A stretch of DNA of 64,000 nucleotides from Octopus vulgaris (GCA_951406725.2 OX597830.1:41354001-41418000); one strand, 5' to 3'; counted from the first letter of the stretch, positions 26,845 through 41,241 are shown. Program-made: numbers and translations. Notes: generated from the sequence alone by a model not told the origin.

Positions 26845-28124
26845 TTGGATCATCCCATAAATAATGCGAGTTTTTTTTTTACACTTCATTTATTCTTCAA
26901 AATTAAGATAAAGTTCGTTTTTAATCTAAAATAAAAAACTCTCCTTCATTTTCTACAATGCTCTTCCATCTATCTGGTAGATTTGCAATGCCTCTCTTCC
27001 AAAATTCACTTGTCTGTGATGAAAAATACTCCTCCAGTACTCTTTTGACCTCCTCTACAGAATTCATACTTTTTCCATCCAAATGATTTTGAAGGCTGCA
27101 GAATAAAGGATAATCAGATGGGGCAATGTCCAGAGAATATAGTGGGTGGGCATCGTTTCCCAGTCAAACTGTTCCAGCCTTTGGTATATCATCCTTTCTG
27201 TATGTGGCCAAGCATTATCCTGATGGCAGAACACCTTTCGTCTTGAAACCAAAAATGGTCATTTTTCTTCTAGTGCTGACTTAAGCTGCTCACAGTAAAT
27301 CTCCTTTGTTATCATTTGGTTTGGGTTTAAAAGTTCAAAGTGGACTAAACCTTTCATATCCCAACAGATAACAACAACTTACATGGGTGAAGACCTTTTT
27401 AGTTTTGGGTGCCGGTATTTCTCCTTTCCCAACTCACTGTCTTTGGCACTTGACATATTTATAGGGAACCCATTTCTCATTGCCAGTCAATATTCAGTCC
27501 AAAAAGTTTAATTCATGAGATGTGACAGCAAAGAAGAACACACATTCACTCTCTGCATGCAATTAGACTTGGAAAGTTCATGAGGAATTTATTGACCCAA
27601 TTTGCTGACTTTTCTGATGGCATGCAGCTGTCAATGAATGGTTGAATGACCAAGTCCAAGTTTCTCTACTAATTCCTCAATAGTTACGACAGGATTTTGT
27701 TCCACCAGGGTTTGCAGGACATCCTCATAGAGCTCCACAGATCCTCCAGGGTGAGGTTCATCTCCTAGGCTGTAGTTTCTGGTTTGGAATTTCTGGAACC
27801 ACTACTGACACTAGCTTACACTTATTGTCCAACCCCCATATACTGCATTAATATTCCTTGCACTTTCCATTGCGTTGTTGCCTTTATTGCTCATAAAGTA
27901 GAAAATGCCAAATATACTCCTTTGTCATTTCTATTATAGCTTTGAAAAAATAACTGTTAAAATCGAACTGCACTCTTCAAAACTTGCACTAAGAATAAGT
28001 ACAAGAACAAGGTAAAATTACTAACTGCTTTTATAGCAAGTTTATGCAGGTAGTTCATCCCATACCCCTCCGACTTATAGTCCATGCAATTGAAAAAAAA
28101 CACATTATTTATGGGATGACTCAA
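26845..28124 (-). mobile_element. Full-length (~1.28 kb) degenerate mariner (DD34D) transposon
   Basis: TIRs TTGGATCATCCCATAAATAATG / CATTATTTATGGGATGACTCAA within TA flanks. The - strand has HQDNAWPHT and YSLDIAPSDY (HDNARPHT / YSPDLAPSDY motifs) with frameshifts and stops. Confidence 0.92.
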
Positions 28125-28131
28125 TATATAC

Positions 28132-28162
<31 letters not shown>

Positions 28163-28505
28163 TGTATGTATGTATGTATGTATGTATGCATGTGCGTGTG
28201 TGTCTTCATATATGTGTGTGTGTTACTGTTTCCTTGCCTTGACATCACATGATAGATGCAAATGAATGTCACCATAATGCAGGTGTTGTCCTTCATTTCC
28301 AATCTTCTGTAAAATACATGTCTGGTCGGGAGAAATGTTACTTTAACGGGAAACCAGTGAGGGTTGATGACAGGAAGGGCATCTAGCTGTAGAAAATCTG
28401 CCTCAACAAATTCCATCTGACCCATGCAAGCATGGAAAAGTGAGTGATAAAATGATGATGATGATATGTTGATATATGTATAAATACGTAGATACATATA
28501 TATAT

Positions 28506-28558
<53 letters not shown>

Positions 28559-28669
28559 ACACACTTTATTATTATTAAAGCTCCAAAAACATGACAAAAA
28601 CATCACAAAAAACTGCTACTCAGAGTTTCACGCATCTGTTCGTTGGACAGTTTAGATTGAGAATATATA

Positions 28670-29055
28670 TGCATAGGAGTGACTGTGTGGTAAGAGGCTT
28701 GCTTCTCAACCACATGGTTCCAGGTTCAATTCCACTGCGTGGCACCTTGCACTTATGTCTTCTACTATAACCTCAGGCCAACCAAAGCCTTGTGAATGGA
28801 TTTGGTAGATGGAAACTGTGTGTGTATTTGTGTGTGTGTGTGTGTGTGTGTGTGTCTGTGTTTGTCCCCCCACTGTTGCTTGACAACTGATGTTGGCGTG
28901 TTTATGTCCCCGTAACTTGGCGAGCTTGCAAAAGAGACCACTAGGATATGTACTAGGTTTACAAACAATAAGTCCTGGGATCAATTAGCTTGACTAAAGG
29001 CAGTGCTACAGCATGGCTGCAGTCAAATAACTGAATCAAGTAAAAGAATAAAAGA
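28670..29055 (+). mobile_element. SINE family A, full length
   Basis: Head, CORE-like segment, internal (TG)n and GTAAAAGAATAAAAG tail. Confidence 0.85.
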
Positions 29056-29076
29056 ATATATATATACATATGTGTA

Positions 29077-29108
<32 letters not shown>

Positions 29109-29173
29109 CATATACACACACACACATATGTATGCAAATATGTATGTGAACAATATACATATGCAATACATGC

Positions 29174-29204
<31 letters not shown>

Positions 29205-29880
29205 CATACATACATACATACATACATACATACATACATACATACACATATACATGCACATATATAATTATGCTTAAATTGTAGGTATTTTGTAGGTTTG
29301 TCATATTGTAGATGTTTTGTGTGATGTTCATATGCACTGATCAGGCTTAGTGTGTAAATGGAGACCTGGTTTGGTGAAATGTGGTGCAGTCATCCTGGTA
29401 TGGGACTTTTCTTCCAATCAGATAAGCTGCACTTGTCTTGGTGGACACATCATATGGACATTTTAGTTCTGAAATTTAAAAAGGTATTGTGACTCTTAGC
29501 AGGATGAGTGTTCTTTTCACTATACAGAGGACGCATCTGTATAAAGAATATGTATAGAACTAGATTAATTCAATTTGGTATCAATATTAAAGTCCTTGAA
29601 TTTTTCTTGTAGATATAGCTTTCTTGCAGGCATTGATAGTTCAGACATTGAGATGATCCAGCATGCACAACAGACCCTAATCTTATAAAATGGAGTTGGT
29701 TTAGGTCAAGATATCTGAAACAGAGGACGTATTTGACATCTCAGTGTGCTCCTATAACAGCACTGATTATGCTACTTGGCAGTCCTAAACAAACAAGATA
29801 TACTGAAAACCAAATTTCCAGCCACAACATTGGTTTATTCCAAGATGATGGAGGGATATTACTCAGCCCATACACTAGCT

Positions 29881-30257
29881 CAGTGGTTCTCAACCATTTT
29901 TTACCTATAGACCCCTTTGATTACTATTTTATTCTGGTAGACCCCCATAGCCATTCAATGTTTAGAAACTAGTTTTCTTGATATTTCTTTCAAAATTCCT
30001 ATTTTATATTGCCCACATTCACTTGCATACTTTTACAATGACACTCTCCGAGAGAACATGTTTCAGTGGCCAACAACATGTTAAACTATGTAAAATGTGA
30101 GAGAAAGACACTTAGCTGTTTCTTGCAAATCGAAATTTTTTCATGCACCCTTAAAATGATACTATGGATCCCCAATTTACTATTTTACTTGTGTTGACCC
30201 AACCAAAATTTTACATGGACCCCTAGCTGTCATATGGGCCCTGGTTGAGAACCACTG
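29881..30257. mobile_element. hAT (Charlie-like) MITE
   Basis: Perfect 16-bp TIR CAGTGGTTCTCAACCA / TGGTTGAGAACCACTG with subterminal GGACCCC repeats; same family as 53061-53767. TSD not preserved. Confidence 0.85.
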
Positions 30258-30721
30258 CTCAAAACAGCTTTAAGAAATGCCCCCTAGCCATGTTTAATTA
30301 TAGTAGTTACTAACCTAAGATTGACTTCAATAGACCAAAATTATGGCAATTACAAACACTTTGTAAGCCCAATGAGAAGCTTAAATACATAAATAAGTAA
30401 TCTTACCACCCATCACTGTATTTAAAATTCTCATAGCTAACATTAGTATGAGAATTTCTAACTTCCATTTTTCTAAAGAAATATTAGATAAGACAGTGCC
30501 ATATTTTTACAGGGCGTTTGCAGATTCTGAATTCAAAGATAAGATCTCATATACTTCAACTAACAAATATTCATGACCTAAGAATAGACCAAGGAAAATA
30601 ACATATTCAGAAATAAAGGTTAAAAACTGAAGTTATCCAAGGTTTTTCATTCAATATTTTAAATATTGTTTAACTGTTGTACATTTTCTCATGAGCTGAA
30701 AGGATTACCCTTTTCTTTATT

Positions 30722-30779
<58 letters not shown>

Positions 30780-31067
30780 CATCATCCATATAGACATACC
30801 ATACACACATTTCTTGTTTCTTTGTAAGACTATTTCTCTATGCATACATTATGTTTACTGGTGATTGTGTATGTGCACATGTATATATATATATGTGTGT
30901 GTGTGTGTGTTTGCGTGTTTATATATAAATCAAACACCCTCCATTAGATTCTCTCTTTGACTCTATTTTTATCTCTTATACATACATACATATATATATA
31001 CATATATATATATAAACACACGTATGTGTGTCTGTATGTATGTATGTATGTATCTATCTATCTAAAC

Positions 31068-31100
<33 letters not shown>

Positions 31101-31309
31101 CACACATGCATATATGTGTATGTGTGTATATGTATATATATATGTGCTATATATATATATATATATGCACACATGCAATGTACATAAATTTATATATGTG
31201 TATGTGTATTTTTGTGTGCACTAGCATCTGTGTGTTTGTGAATTTAGAATTTAGATATGTACAGGTGTATATACATACATATATATATGAAAAGATATAT
31301 ATATATTAT

Positions 31310-31370
<61 letters not shown>

Positions 31371-32073
31371 GTCTATATATATATATATTTATATATGTAT
31401 GTATTTATATATACGCATATATACTCCTCTCATCCTTTCCTCAGCATTCTCTGTCTCTACACATATATACACTTAAACTCACGTATATATTTTTCTTTGC
31501 CACTCACATTGTCCCTATATTACCCCCTCCCTTTTTCCCCCCATCACTCTCTCTCTCTCTCTCTTCTCCCTAGTATCTCCCTCCATATCACTCTTTCTCT
31601 CTCATTCCATTTTCTCACGATAAGCCGATTACTAGTCATTAAAAATTCCAGGGTCATAACTCAAAAGCTGCAATCTTAATGATTGTATGAAGAAATATAT
31701 TGACTGAAAGGCTCCAGTCTCTGTAATTAGCCTTTATTGTGCTGCTTTCAGTTAAGACATACATAAAATACAAACACACACACACACACTCACACACACA
31801 AGCAGATATAGATAGATAGATAGATAGAGAGAATGAGAGAGGCGGAGGGGAAGAAAGAGATAAATAGGTAGTTATATGCATGTAAGTAAGTAAGTATATA
31901 TATATATATATATATTTGTGCATTGGTGTGTGTATGTATATGTGTGTGCGTGTGTGCATGTGTGTGTATGTATACATATGTGTGTGCATGTATGTATGTA
32001 TGTACAGATATATATATGTATGTATATCTATATCTATATATATATATGTATATATATGTGTGTATATATAGTG

Positions 32074-32105
<32 letters not shown>

Positions 32106-32116
32106 CATACATAATG

Positions 32117-32173
<57 letters not shown>

Positions 32174-32192
32174 GTATGCATGTATGTATATG

Positions 32193-32303
<111 letters not shown>

Positions 32304-33479
32304 GTGTATATATACATAAATACATATGTGTGTGTATGTTAGATATGGATGTGTACGTGTGGTGTGGTGCGCGTGTGTGTGTGCGTGCGTGTAGTATAAA
32401 TAAGATTACTAATCTTGTTTAATATTGGATCATTATTGTACATCTTTTGTAGTTGAGGGACGCAGCAGAACAAAAGTAACGAAACAGAAGGAGTGACAAA
32501 GTAACAATCATCTTTCTTGTTATTCTTCCTTTCTTCCTTTCTTTCTTTCTTTCTTCCCTTCTTCCTTTGCTTATTTCTTTCTTTCTTTCTCTCTTCCATT
32601 CTTTCTCCGTTTTGTAGAAACATTCAAATTGTCATCCAAAGATATGATATGGATTTTTTTGTTCGGTTTAACTTGAACTCCGTCACCCTGTGAAAGATCA
32701 ATACGCAGACTTGGCTGTTTATTGTTCCATTAACTCTGCCATTCTTTTATTCTTCATTTACTGGTTTCCATCACTGGACTGCCGCCCAGCTGGAGCATCA
32801 GCTTAAAGAGTTTGGTGTGATTATGTTGAACCCAGTACTTCTCTTTGTTGTTGCTTTGTATTTGTGTTTTCATTCTTGTAACACATAAAATGCAATGGTG
32901 GACAATTACGTAAGAGGAAATAATGAACACTGCTGGGTATTTTTGTGTTTGAATATAGCACTTCTCACACCGTTTTGATATAAATATTTCATCGTCGTCA
33001 TCATTGTTGCCATCATTGTTGTCATCTTTCATCATTGTCATCATTGTCATCATCATCCTCTTCTGCCTCCTCCTCCTCCTCCTCATCATCATCATCATCA
33101 TTGTTATCATCATCATCATCATCATCATCATTGTCATCACCACCACCACCACTACCATCAACTCCACCACCACCATCATCATCATCCATATCATCATCCA
33201 TAACATCCACTTTTCCAAGCCTGCATGTGTCTAATGGAATTCATTGAAACAGATTCTCTATAGCCAGATGCCCTTCCTGTTGCCAACCCTCACCTGTTTC
33301 CAAGCAAAAGTTTGAACATCAAACACAACCCAGACATAGTTAAGCAGTGAACTGGAAACAAATGACACCGTTTGGAGGAGCCTCTTGCTTACAAAGATCA
33401 CGTAACATATCCAGACTTGTCAAGAAGCCCAAATATGCTTCTTTGGTTGACTGCAAGCAAAAGACCTCTGCCATATTGT

Positions 33480-34030
33480 ATATACATACGTATGAATATG
33501 CTAAACATTGGATTAGCAAAGAAGACTTTTATGGATATGAGGAGCATTTTTGTGCAAAGAGAATTGGAATGGAAGTCAAGAAAAGACTATTGAAGTGCTA
33601 CATCTGGTCGTTGCTAACATATGGATGTGAGTCTTGCATGATAAGCAAAGTCATGGAGAAGAGACTCAAAGCTGCAGAAATGTGGTTTTATAGAAAAATG
33701 CTTAGAATCTCGTGGGCATAGAGGATGATAAATGTGGAAGAATTGAAGAAGATGAAAGTGAAGAGACAGTTGATGGATACTATCAGAGAGAGAGATAGTG
33801 GAGATTTGTTGGTCATTTTCTTAGAGAGGATGATGGAATGGGGCTTTACATGGTGGAGGCTTAGCTGATGGGAAGGAGAGTGAGAGGAAGAAGAGAATGA
33901 TGGTGTTCGACTAGATGAAGAAGAGAATGAACGTGCAGAGTGAGGAAGACATGGGTGATGTTGCGAGAGACAGAAATAAATTGAGGAAGAGAAACAAGCC
34001 ATGATTCGTCAATGATATGAATATGCCATG
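33480..34030 (+). mobile_element. RTE-clade LINE, decayed RT C-terminal fragment
   Basis: IGLAKKTF...KRLLKCYIWSLLTYGCES...KRLKAAEMWFYRKMLRISW. Confidence 0.85.
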
Positions 34031-34054
34031 ACACAAGGGAGAGGCACTAAACAT

Positions 34055-34453
34055 GCATATGGCTGTGTGGTAAGAAACTTGTTTCCAAACCACATGGTTC
34101 CACGTTCAGTCCCACTGCATAGCATTTTGGGCCAGTGTCTTCTACTATAGCCTTGGGCCAACCAAAGCCATGTGAGTGGATTTGGTAGATGGAAACTGAA
34201 AGAAGCCTGTTGTATATATGTGTGTGTTTGTGTGTGTTTGTGTGTGTGTGTGTGTTTGTCCCTTCCCCACCATCGCTTGACAATCAGTGTTGGTGTGTTT
34301 ATGTCGCCGTAAATTAGTGGTTTGGCAGAAGAGACTGATAGAATAAGTACTAGGCTTACAAAGGATAAGTACTGGGGTCGATTTTTTCAACTAAAGGTGG
34401 TGCTCCAACATGGCCACATTCAAATGACTGAAACAAATAAAAGAATAAAAGAA
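34055..34453 (+). mobile_element. SINE family A, full length
   Basis: Matches the consensus end to end. Confidence 0.88.
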
Positions 34454-34524
34454 TATATATATATATATTCATTAATATGTGAGGATGAGTGAGAATGAGG
34501 CTCAACACCGCATTGATGCATAAA

Positions 34525-34716
34525 TATTCTTTATTTGTAGGTTAACAAGGCAACCAATGATTTCATGTAAAGAAGGATATTTTAACAATTTTTCAAGCTA
34601 ACTACATGGAAACATTGGTACTCATCTCTATTTTGGATGAGAATACAGTTAGCTTAAAAATTAAGAGATCCCTCTTTACATGAAACTATTGGTTGCCTTG
34701 TTATAATACAAATAAA

Positions 34717-34721
<5 letters not shown>
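34525..34721. repeat. Fold-back palindrome, ~78-bp arms
   Basis: CTTTATTTGTA..TAACAAGGCAACCAAT..TTTCATGTAAAGA is mirrored by TCTTTACATGAAA..ATTGGTTGCCTTGTTA..TACAAATAAAG. Confidence 0.85.
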
Positions 34722-34766
<45 letters not shown>

Positions 34767-35314
34767 CATTGAAGAAATTGAAGTCAACAAGAAGGAGTAT
34801 GGTTGGATAGTTATTTTTTAATCGCTACAATTGTTTCCACCCAATGTGGCTCTCCAAAAATACAGGTATTTGATTATGCAACTGTTTGTTTGCATAATGT
34901 GATCTAGTTGTGTTTCCTCAGATGATATTCAAGTGTTGTCTCTATTAGTTTAAAATCTTCATCTGTTCATCTTGGTTTGAGTTTTGTAGCAGCTGGTAGA
35001 GTCGTGTCGTTTGCTGCCAGAATGTGTTTGTTGGACTGCTGTAAGTGGTAGTAGATGGCTGTTTTGGTACCAGCTGATCAGTGATCTGTTCTTCATGGTA
35101 TGCTGCACATGCAAATTTTATTAGCTAACCTTCAGTATTCAGTGATCAAATACATACTTACATATGCACACAGAGACTCACACATATCCTCCCACACACA
35201 AACAATGTATATATATAGTTAATCCAAACATGAACAAAGAGAAAACGCAATGACGCGAGGATGTGGAACAAGTATAGTGTTATTGAACACTCAGAAAAGG
35301 AAAGAAAGAAGGAG

Positions 35315-35350
35315 GATTTAACGTTTCGAGAGGAGCTCTTCGTCAGAAAC
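35315..35350 (-). ncRNA. Minimal type-I hammerhead ribozyme motif in a Penelope-like terminal repeat (element ~35230-35422)
   Basis: The - strand reads GTTT-CTGACGA-A-GAG-CTCCT-CTC-GAAAC-GTTA-AA: intact CUGANGA and GAAA core, short stem II, palindromic AACGTT in place of stem III. Confidence 0.6.
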
Positions 35351-36237
35351 ATAGAGAAAGGAATGGTCCAAGGAAAGGAAGATACAGAAAGAAAGTCGTC
35401 AACGATACACATGCTGTCACATATTGAATATGTATATATGCCTATGTACACACACAGAAGCGCTCACATATACACACATACACATACATTCGTATAGATA
35501 CACACATGCACACACATGTGTATGTGTGTATATGTGACAATCACTACAACACTCAACTCACCTGACCAGTTTGCTACCTAATAAATCGTGCTATGCATGG
35601 TGAACAGTAAGAATCAAAAGGAATATATACTCCAGCAGATTCATCATCATCAACATCATCATCAACATCGTTTAACGTCTGCTTTCCATGCTAGCATGGA
35701 TTGGACGATTTTGACTGAGGGCTGGTGAACCAGATGGCTGCACCAGGCTCCAATCTTGATCTGGCAGAGTTTCTACAGCTGGATGCCCTTCCTAACGCCA
35801 ATCACTTGTATTTTGTCACAGCTTCTTTACAATGCATATGTGATCATAATACATTGATACAAGGGATCCTGGGACAGTCAGTGTTTTGACATTGTTGTGT
35901 CTCATCAGTCAGAAGCAACACAGGAAGAGTGAATCTAACAAAAATCCAGTGGTCTTATTTATAATTTCAGCAAACAAGCTGCTCACTGAAATTACAGACA
36001 TACTGCTGCTACTATTGACGACAGCGACGACGACCACAATGATGATGATAATGATGATGATGAATTTTATGAGACAAGATAATACTGTATATAAAGAGAT
36101 GCCACTTGTTTCCTAATTTGATCTTTGTTATCACATGCCCTTTATTTTACTCATTAATACTGTTTCAAGTCACACATTTACAGAAGGTTAAGTTAGTATT
36201 AGCACATTCATTACTAGCAACATCATCATCATCGCCG

Positions 36238-36280
<43 letters not shown>

Positions 36281-37992
36281 TTCACATCTGTTTTCCATGC
36301 TGGCTTGGATTGGACAAGTCACCAAGTTCCATGTTAGTTCATATTTGGAGTTACTGTCCTCATGGCTTGTGTTGCGGACACATCGTTAAATTTATTTCAG
36401 CATAGTTTCTCTGGTTGGATGCCCTTCCAAACACCAACCCCTTTACAGAGTACTTTGGATATATTTTGTTATTGCTGCAACTCTAGAGAAGTTGTCAAGT
36501 CCTCAACAAAACAAAATGAAAAGGCTACCACAACCCGACATTATCTCCAAAAGGATAGCTTGTCATCATCATTTAATGTCTGCTTTCCATGCTGGAATAG
36601 GCCGGATGGTTTGATGGGATCTGTGGTGAGTTCCAGTGCCAACTTTAGAATATTTTCTACAGCTCGATGTCCGTCCTAATAGCAAAAAACAACCTCCCTT
36701 GGATCGAAAAAGTTGACAGCTACTCATGTGACATGAACGCACATCTTCTGGAAACATTTAAAGAATAAAAAATAAAACAAAAAAAAACATTCACAGATAT
36801 TTTGTGTGGGGGGAAAGGAGATTTCTTCATAGGGAAGAAATATCTTAATGTGTGACAACACTGTCAATTGGACCAAAGTATAGATGAAACATGAAAAAAT
36901 ATGTGTTTAGAGAAAAACTGTACTAGACTATTACTAATAGTATTATCATCTATTTGACAAGTATGGGAGACAACTCTGCAATGATACAGCCTTGTTCTGA
37001 CCTCTTTAGTGAATTAGCATAGCCTTCATCATATTTGATATTGTCGTGATGAAAGGAAATGCTAACAAAATGTGGCCAGATCATGCATTTATTTGTGCAG
37101 GAAAATAGAATTTTTTAGAGATACCTCTCTAAATATTGTGTTTTCCTGTTGAAAGTGATAGTGATTCTAATATGGCTACTAACAAGGGTTTTTTTTCCTT
37201 CTTTTTACATTGGCACGAAGCCATAAATATATTTGAGTATTGGAGGTATGATGATGATGATGATCAGGAGGAGGAGGAAGAAGAAGAAGAGGTGGAGCAT
37301 GATAACACTGATGATAACAACAATGACAATGAACAATGAACAATGATTATGATGATGATGATGATGATGATGTTGAATTAAATAAATTGAATAAATTCTG
37401 TTATAGTTCATTGTAATGATTAATTGAAGTGGAATTCCAAACAAACCAAGAATAAAATGCATCAAACCTAGATATTTACTGAGATCAAAAGAAACACGAT
37501 ACACAAGTGGGTTTATATTGTTTTAAAAAAAAGAAAAAAAAAGAATGTAAAACAAAGAAAAAATCTTTTTTAAAAATTACAAGGTCTTCGTTTCCTAGAT
37601 TTATAGATAATCATGTTGATAAGGGACAGTAGAGAGGTGGAGTGGGGGCATGCTATCTGGGAGCTAGGGTATTGATCCAACTGTTTTATACGTAATTGTA
37701 GGAAAACAATGATCCTTATTCAAACAACTAAATTAAGAAATTAAACTAACATTGGAAATATTAAAGAGATTCCAACTCTGCAGAAATTCCAGCAATTGTA
37801 TAAACGAATGAACCAACACAGGAACCTTTACAGGTCATTTGATATACCAGAAATACTGGCTAAATCTGCCCCTACACCATGTCATGCCCTTCAGTATTTT
37901 GGGTTTTTTTTTAGGAAGACACATTAGATAGTTTATCATAGATACACTATACCTAAATAAAAACTGACAGGATGGTAAATAATGGCATACTT

Positions 37993-38212
37993 TTAACCCT
38001 TTTGAAACTAACCCGTCTGAGACCAACCCTGGTTCTATGATTCAAACCTTCAGTTTTAAAATAGGTTCAATTAAAACTTTCCATCAAAATTCCATGTTAA
38101 TTTAGGTTCTAAACTCCAGCCAAGGTTATCCAGCTAAATTCTTCATTATTTTCGAAATTATTTGAAACTAAGGCAGTGATTTTCAGCATAAATTTGGTAT
38201 CAAAAGGATTAA
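37993..38212 (+). mobile_element. piggyBac-type MITE (older copy)
   Basis: TTAACCCTTTTGA...GGTATCAAAAGGATTAA; similar to 22840-23069. Confidence 0.7.
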
Positions 38213-38677
38213 TTCAGTTGTATAGTTAAGCTGAGAATGGGGTGAGGGTTGCAGCCCACCCTGGAGAGAATTTTCCTATGGGAGTAGGGTGGTACATTTG
38301 ATGTATATTTTGTCAAGGTTTTTCATGGACATGGGTTAGTCCACATTACTACATAAGGAGCATAAGGCCAGCATATATATACATAAGTTATCTAAAAGTC
38401 CATAAGTCAGGAAAAAGATGTACTCATAAAGCTGTCAATAGAGTGGGTGTATTATCTGAAGTGTATAGTATTATATATCTATCATAGCTGATCTTACCAA
38501 CCTGTTTCATGATAGGTGTACAATGGAGTGATAGGTAACAATCTGATTATATAACCCTACGCTCATCAGAAGTAACCGATCAGCTACCTCTGATGATAAT
38601 ATAAATATATATATATAATAAGATGTAATAACAAAAGAATGAGACCTCGATATTAGAGAAATAGAGATTATTTATAT

Positions 38678-38864
38678 ATGTTATAAATTAGAACAAGCAG
38701 TAAAACGTTGTCATTATAGTACTTGGAGTTTCGAATGCTCGAGCAAAGAGTTATGTATACATTCTCAAGCTGACAAAAATGTATCATAGCTATTTGCTCT
38801 GGCACATTTGAAACTCTTAGTACTATAATGACAACTTTTTACTGTTTGTTCTAATTTATAACAT
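38678..38864. repeat. Fold-back palindrome, ~80-bp arms
   Basis: ATGTTATAAATTAGAACAAGCAGTAAAACGTTGTCATTATAGTACT is mirrored by AGTACTATAATGACAACTTTTTACTGTTTGTTCTAATTTATAACAT. Confidence 0.9.
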
Positions 38865-39028
38865 CATCTTCATCATTGTCGTTTGACATCTGCTTACCAT
38901 GCTGGCATGGTTTGACTGAGGACTGGCAAACCAGAAGGCTGTACCAAGCTCCAATCTGATCTGGCAAAATTTCTACAGCTGGATGCCCTTCCTAATGCCA
39001 CCACACCGAGAGTGTAGTGGGTGCTTTT

Positions 39029-39059
<31 letters not shown>

Positions 39060-39779
39060 TGCCCGAGACAAGATGTTGGTAAGTTGTAGAAATACTTATT
39101 TTTATCAGCTGGTCCAGGAATCAAAACTATAATCTTATGATCACAAGTCCAACATCCTAACCACTAAGCCATATGCCTCGACTTTCATGGACATGAGGAC
39201 AGCAAATTCAAAGACTACCCCAAGTGACACCAACTCTAACTATTCCACAGCTTTGATCATTGATCTGTCTGCTTAATCAGAAATGATCTGAGGCTAAACA
39301 ACTTTACAAATGAAAGCTCTGAACTATTTCCTACCCTTGGCAATATCAAATTTTGCAATAAAGCAACTTTGGTTTGTCTTTAATCTATAATAACCATGAC
39401 CTGTTTTTTTGTAAACTTAGTTTTTATTTTTACTTGCTGTTTTTAGTTTGTCTTGTAAATTTTTTTGAAATGGTATGTATTATAGATTTCATCTTATAAC
39501 CTTGATCTCCCACGAACTTCACCTTTGTCAGTTCCTAATGGCTATAAAGTCTAAACACACAATTCCAAGGACAAAGAGAAGAATGTAAATAGTTAAACAT
39601 GATTCTCTGTTTGCTTCCTAAAGCGAAAAGGAGAAACAATAAACAAAAACTACTTTTATAAAAATCACAACGAAAATTTCTTCAAAAGACAAGTTATATA
39701 TAAAAAAAAAAAAAACAATACCAACAGCAACAATAAAAAAATAAAAAGAATAAGATAATCCAAGAACAAAATAGGGTTT

Positions 39780-39810
39780 GTGGGGTGGAACGCATATTAA
39801 AGACCTTGTG
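39780..39810 (+). promoter_or_regulatory. Possible core promoter (GGGGTGG box followed by TATTAAA) upstream of the Ly6 start codon
   Basis: Motifs seen ~370 nt upstream of the ATG in non-repetitive sequence. An alternative is an upstream non-coding exon splicing to TTTGCTTCCAG near 40062. Confidence 0.2.
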
Positions 39811-40165
39811 CCAGGGGAACCAAGCAAACAGGGATTATGAAGAGTCAATATTGAAAAGGGGATTACTGAGTTTTGGTTGAAGGAGCCAAAGACAGGAAAA
39901 AAACGAAAACATATTTGCCCCTTTCTACCTTTGATAAGCAAATAGAAAATATTTCAAATGAAGCTAGGCATTTTGTATGTAATCGTGGTTTGAACTTGCA
40001 GCAGATTTTCCACTTCTTGACCACATATATTGAAACCTATAGAGCGATTCGTTTGCTTCCAGTTACATATTGTTTTAAGTTAGATCTTGTTTTTCGTTTG
40101 ATATATATATATATATATATATATATATCTGTGTGTATATATACAAATATATATATATATATATT

Positions 40166-40214
40166 ATGAATCATATGTGGTTAGCATTGCTGTCTGTGTC
40201 AATGATAATAACAG
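40166..40214 (+). CDS. Coding exon 1 (signal peptide, [17 protein letters not shown]) of a Ly6/uPAR (LU / three-finger) family protein
   Basis: ATG at 40166 (in-frame ATG at 40175), hydrophobic 16-codon stretch, strong donor CAG|GTAAGA at 40214/40215 in phase 1. The G joins GA of the 56948 exon to give Gly and an open frame ending in a plausible cleavage site (ITGNG-ALQC). Confidence 0.75.
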
Positions 40215-40289
40215 GTAAGAAATACTTTACATTTACATAAATGATTGAATATCTATGATTATGCAAAATATAAATTGTATGTTTCCCCC

Positions 40290-40403
<114 letters not shown>

Positions 40404-40493
40404 ACACATACATATATATGTATGTATGTATATATATACATATATATGTATTTATATATATATGTATACGTATATGCATATATATATATATGC

Positions 40494-40558
<65 letters not shown>

Positions 40559-41089
40559 TGTATACATATGTATATATATATATACATGTATATATATGTA
40601 TATATATATACATATATATACATGTATATATACACACACATTATATAATGCAATATAATGATATAATATAATAAAGTATATATGTGTGTATACATATATG
40701 TTTGTATGTATATGTCTGTGCACATCTATGTATGTTTGTATGTATGTATGTATATATGTATGTATGAATGTATGTATGTGTGTATGTATGCATATTATTT
40801 GCTATGCAGTTTCTTAGTCAACATATTCATTTGTTAACCAAATATTTTTTGTTAGTGTTCAACAATTGCAGAATGTCAGATAAATATCATTTATTTTCCT
40901 TATTTTTTAATTTTTATTTATATATTTATTTTGTTATTTTGTTACATATGTGTCAAACACATTGAAATTATGAGAAGATAAATTATATTTATTTGATAGT
41001 TCCTGTATTTGTAGAATAAATATTTACATGCGTGTGTGTATATGTGTGCGTGTGTACGCACATATACATACGCACACACACACATATTG

Positions 41090-41241
41090 TGTGTGTGGTA
41101 AGAAACTTGCTTCCCAACCACATGGTTCCAGGTTCAGTCCCACTGCCTGTCACTTTGGACAGGTGTCTTCTACTATATCCTTGAGCTGACCAAAGCCTTG
41201 TGAGTGTATTTACAAGACAGAAACTGAAAAATCCCATCGTC

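Noticed and set aside
32823-32888. Signal-peptide-like ORF MLNPVLLFVVALYLCFHS as an alternative first exon
   Set aside because: The donor T|GTAACA is weak, joining to exon 2 would create TGA, and the unspliced frame stops after 21 codons.
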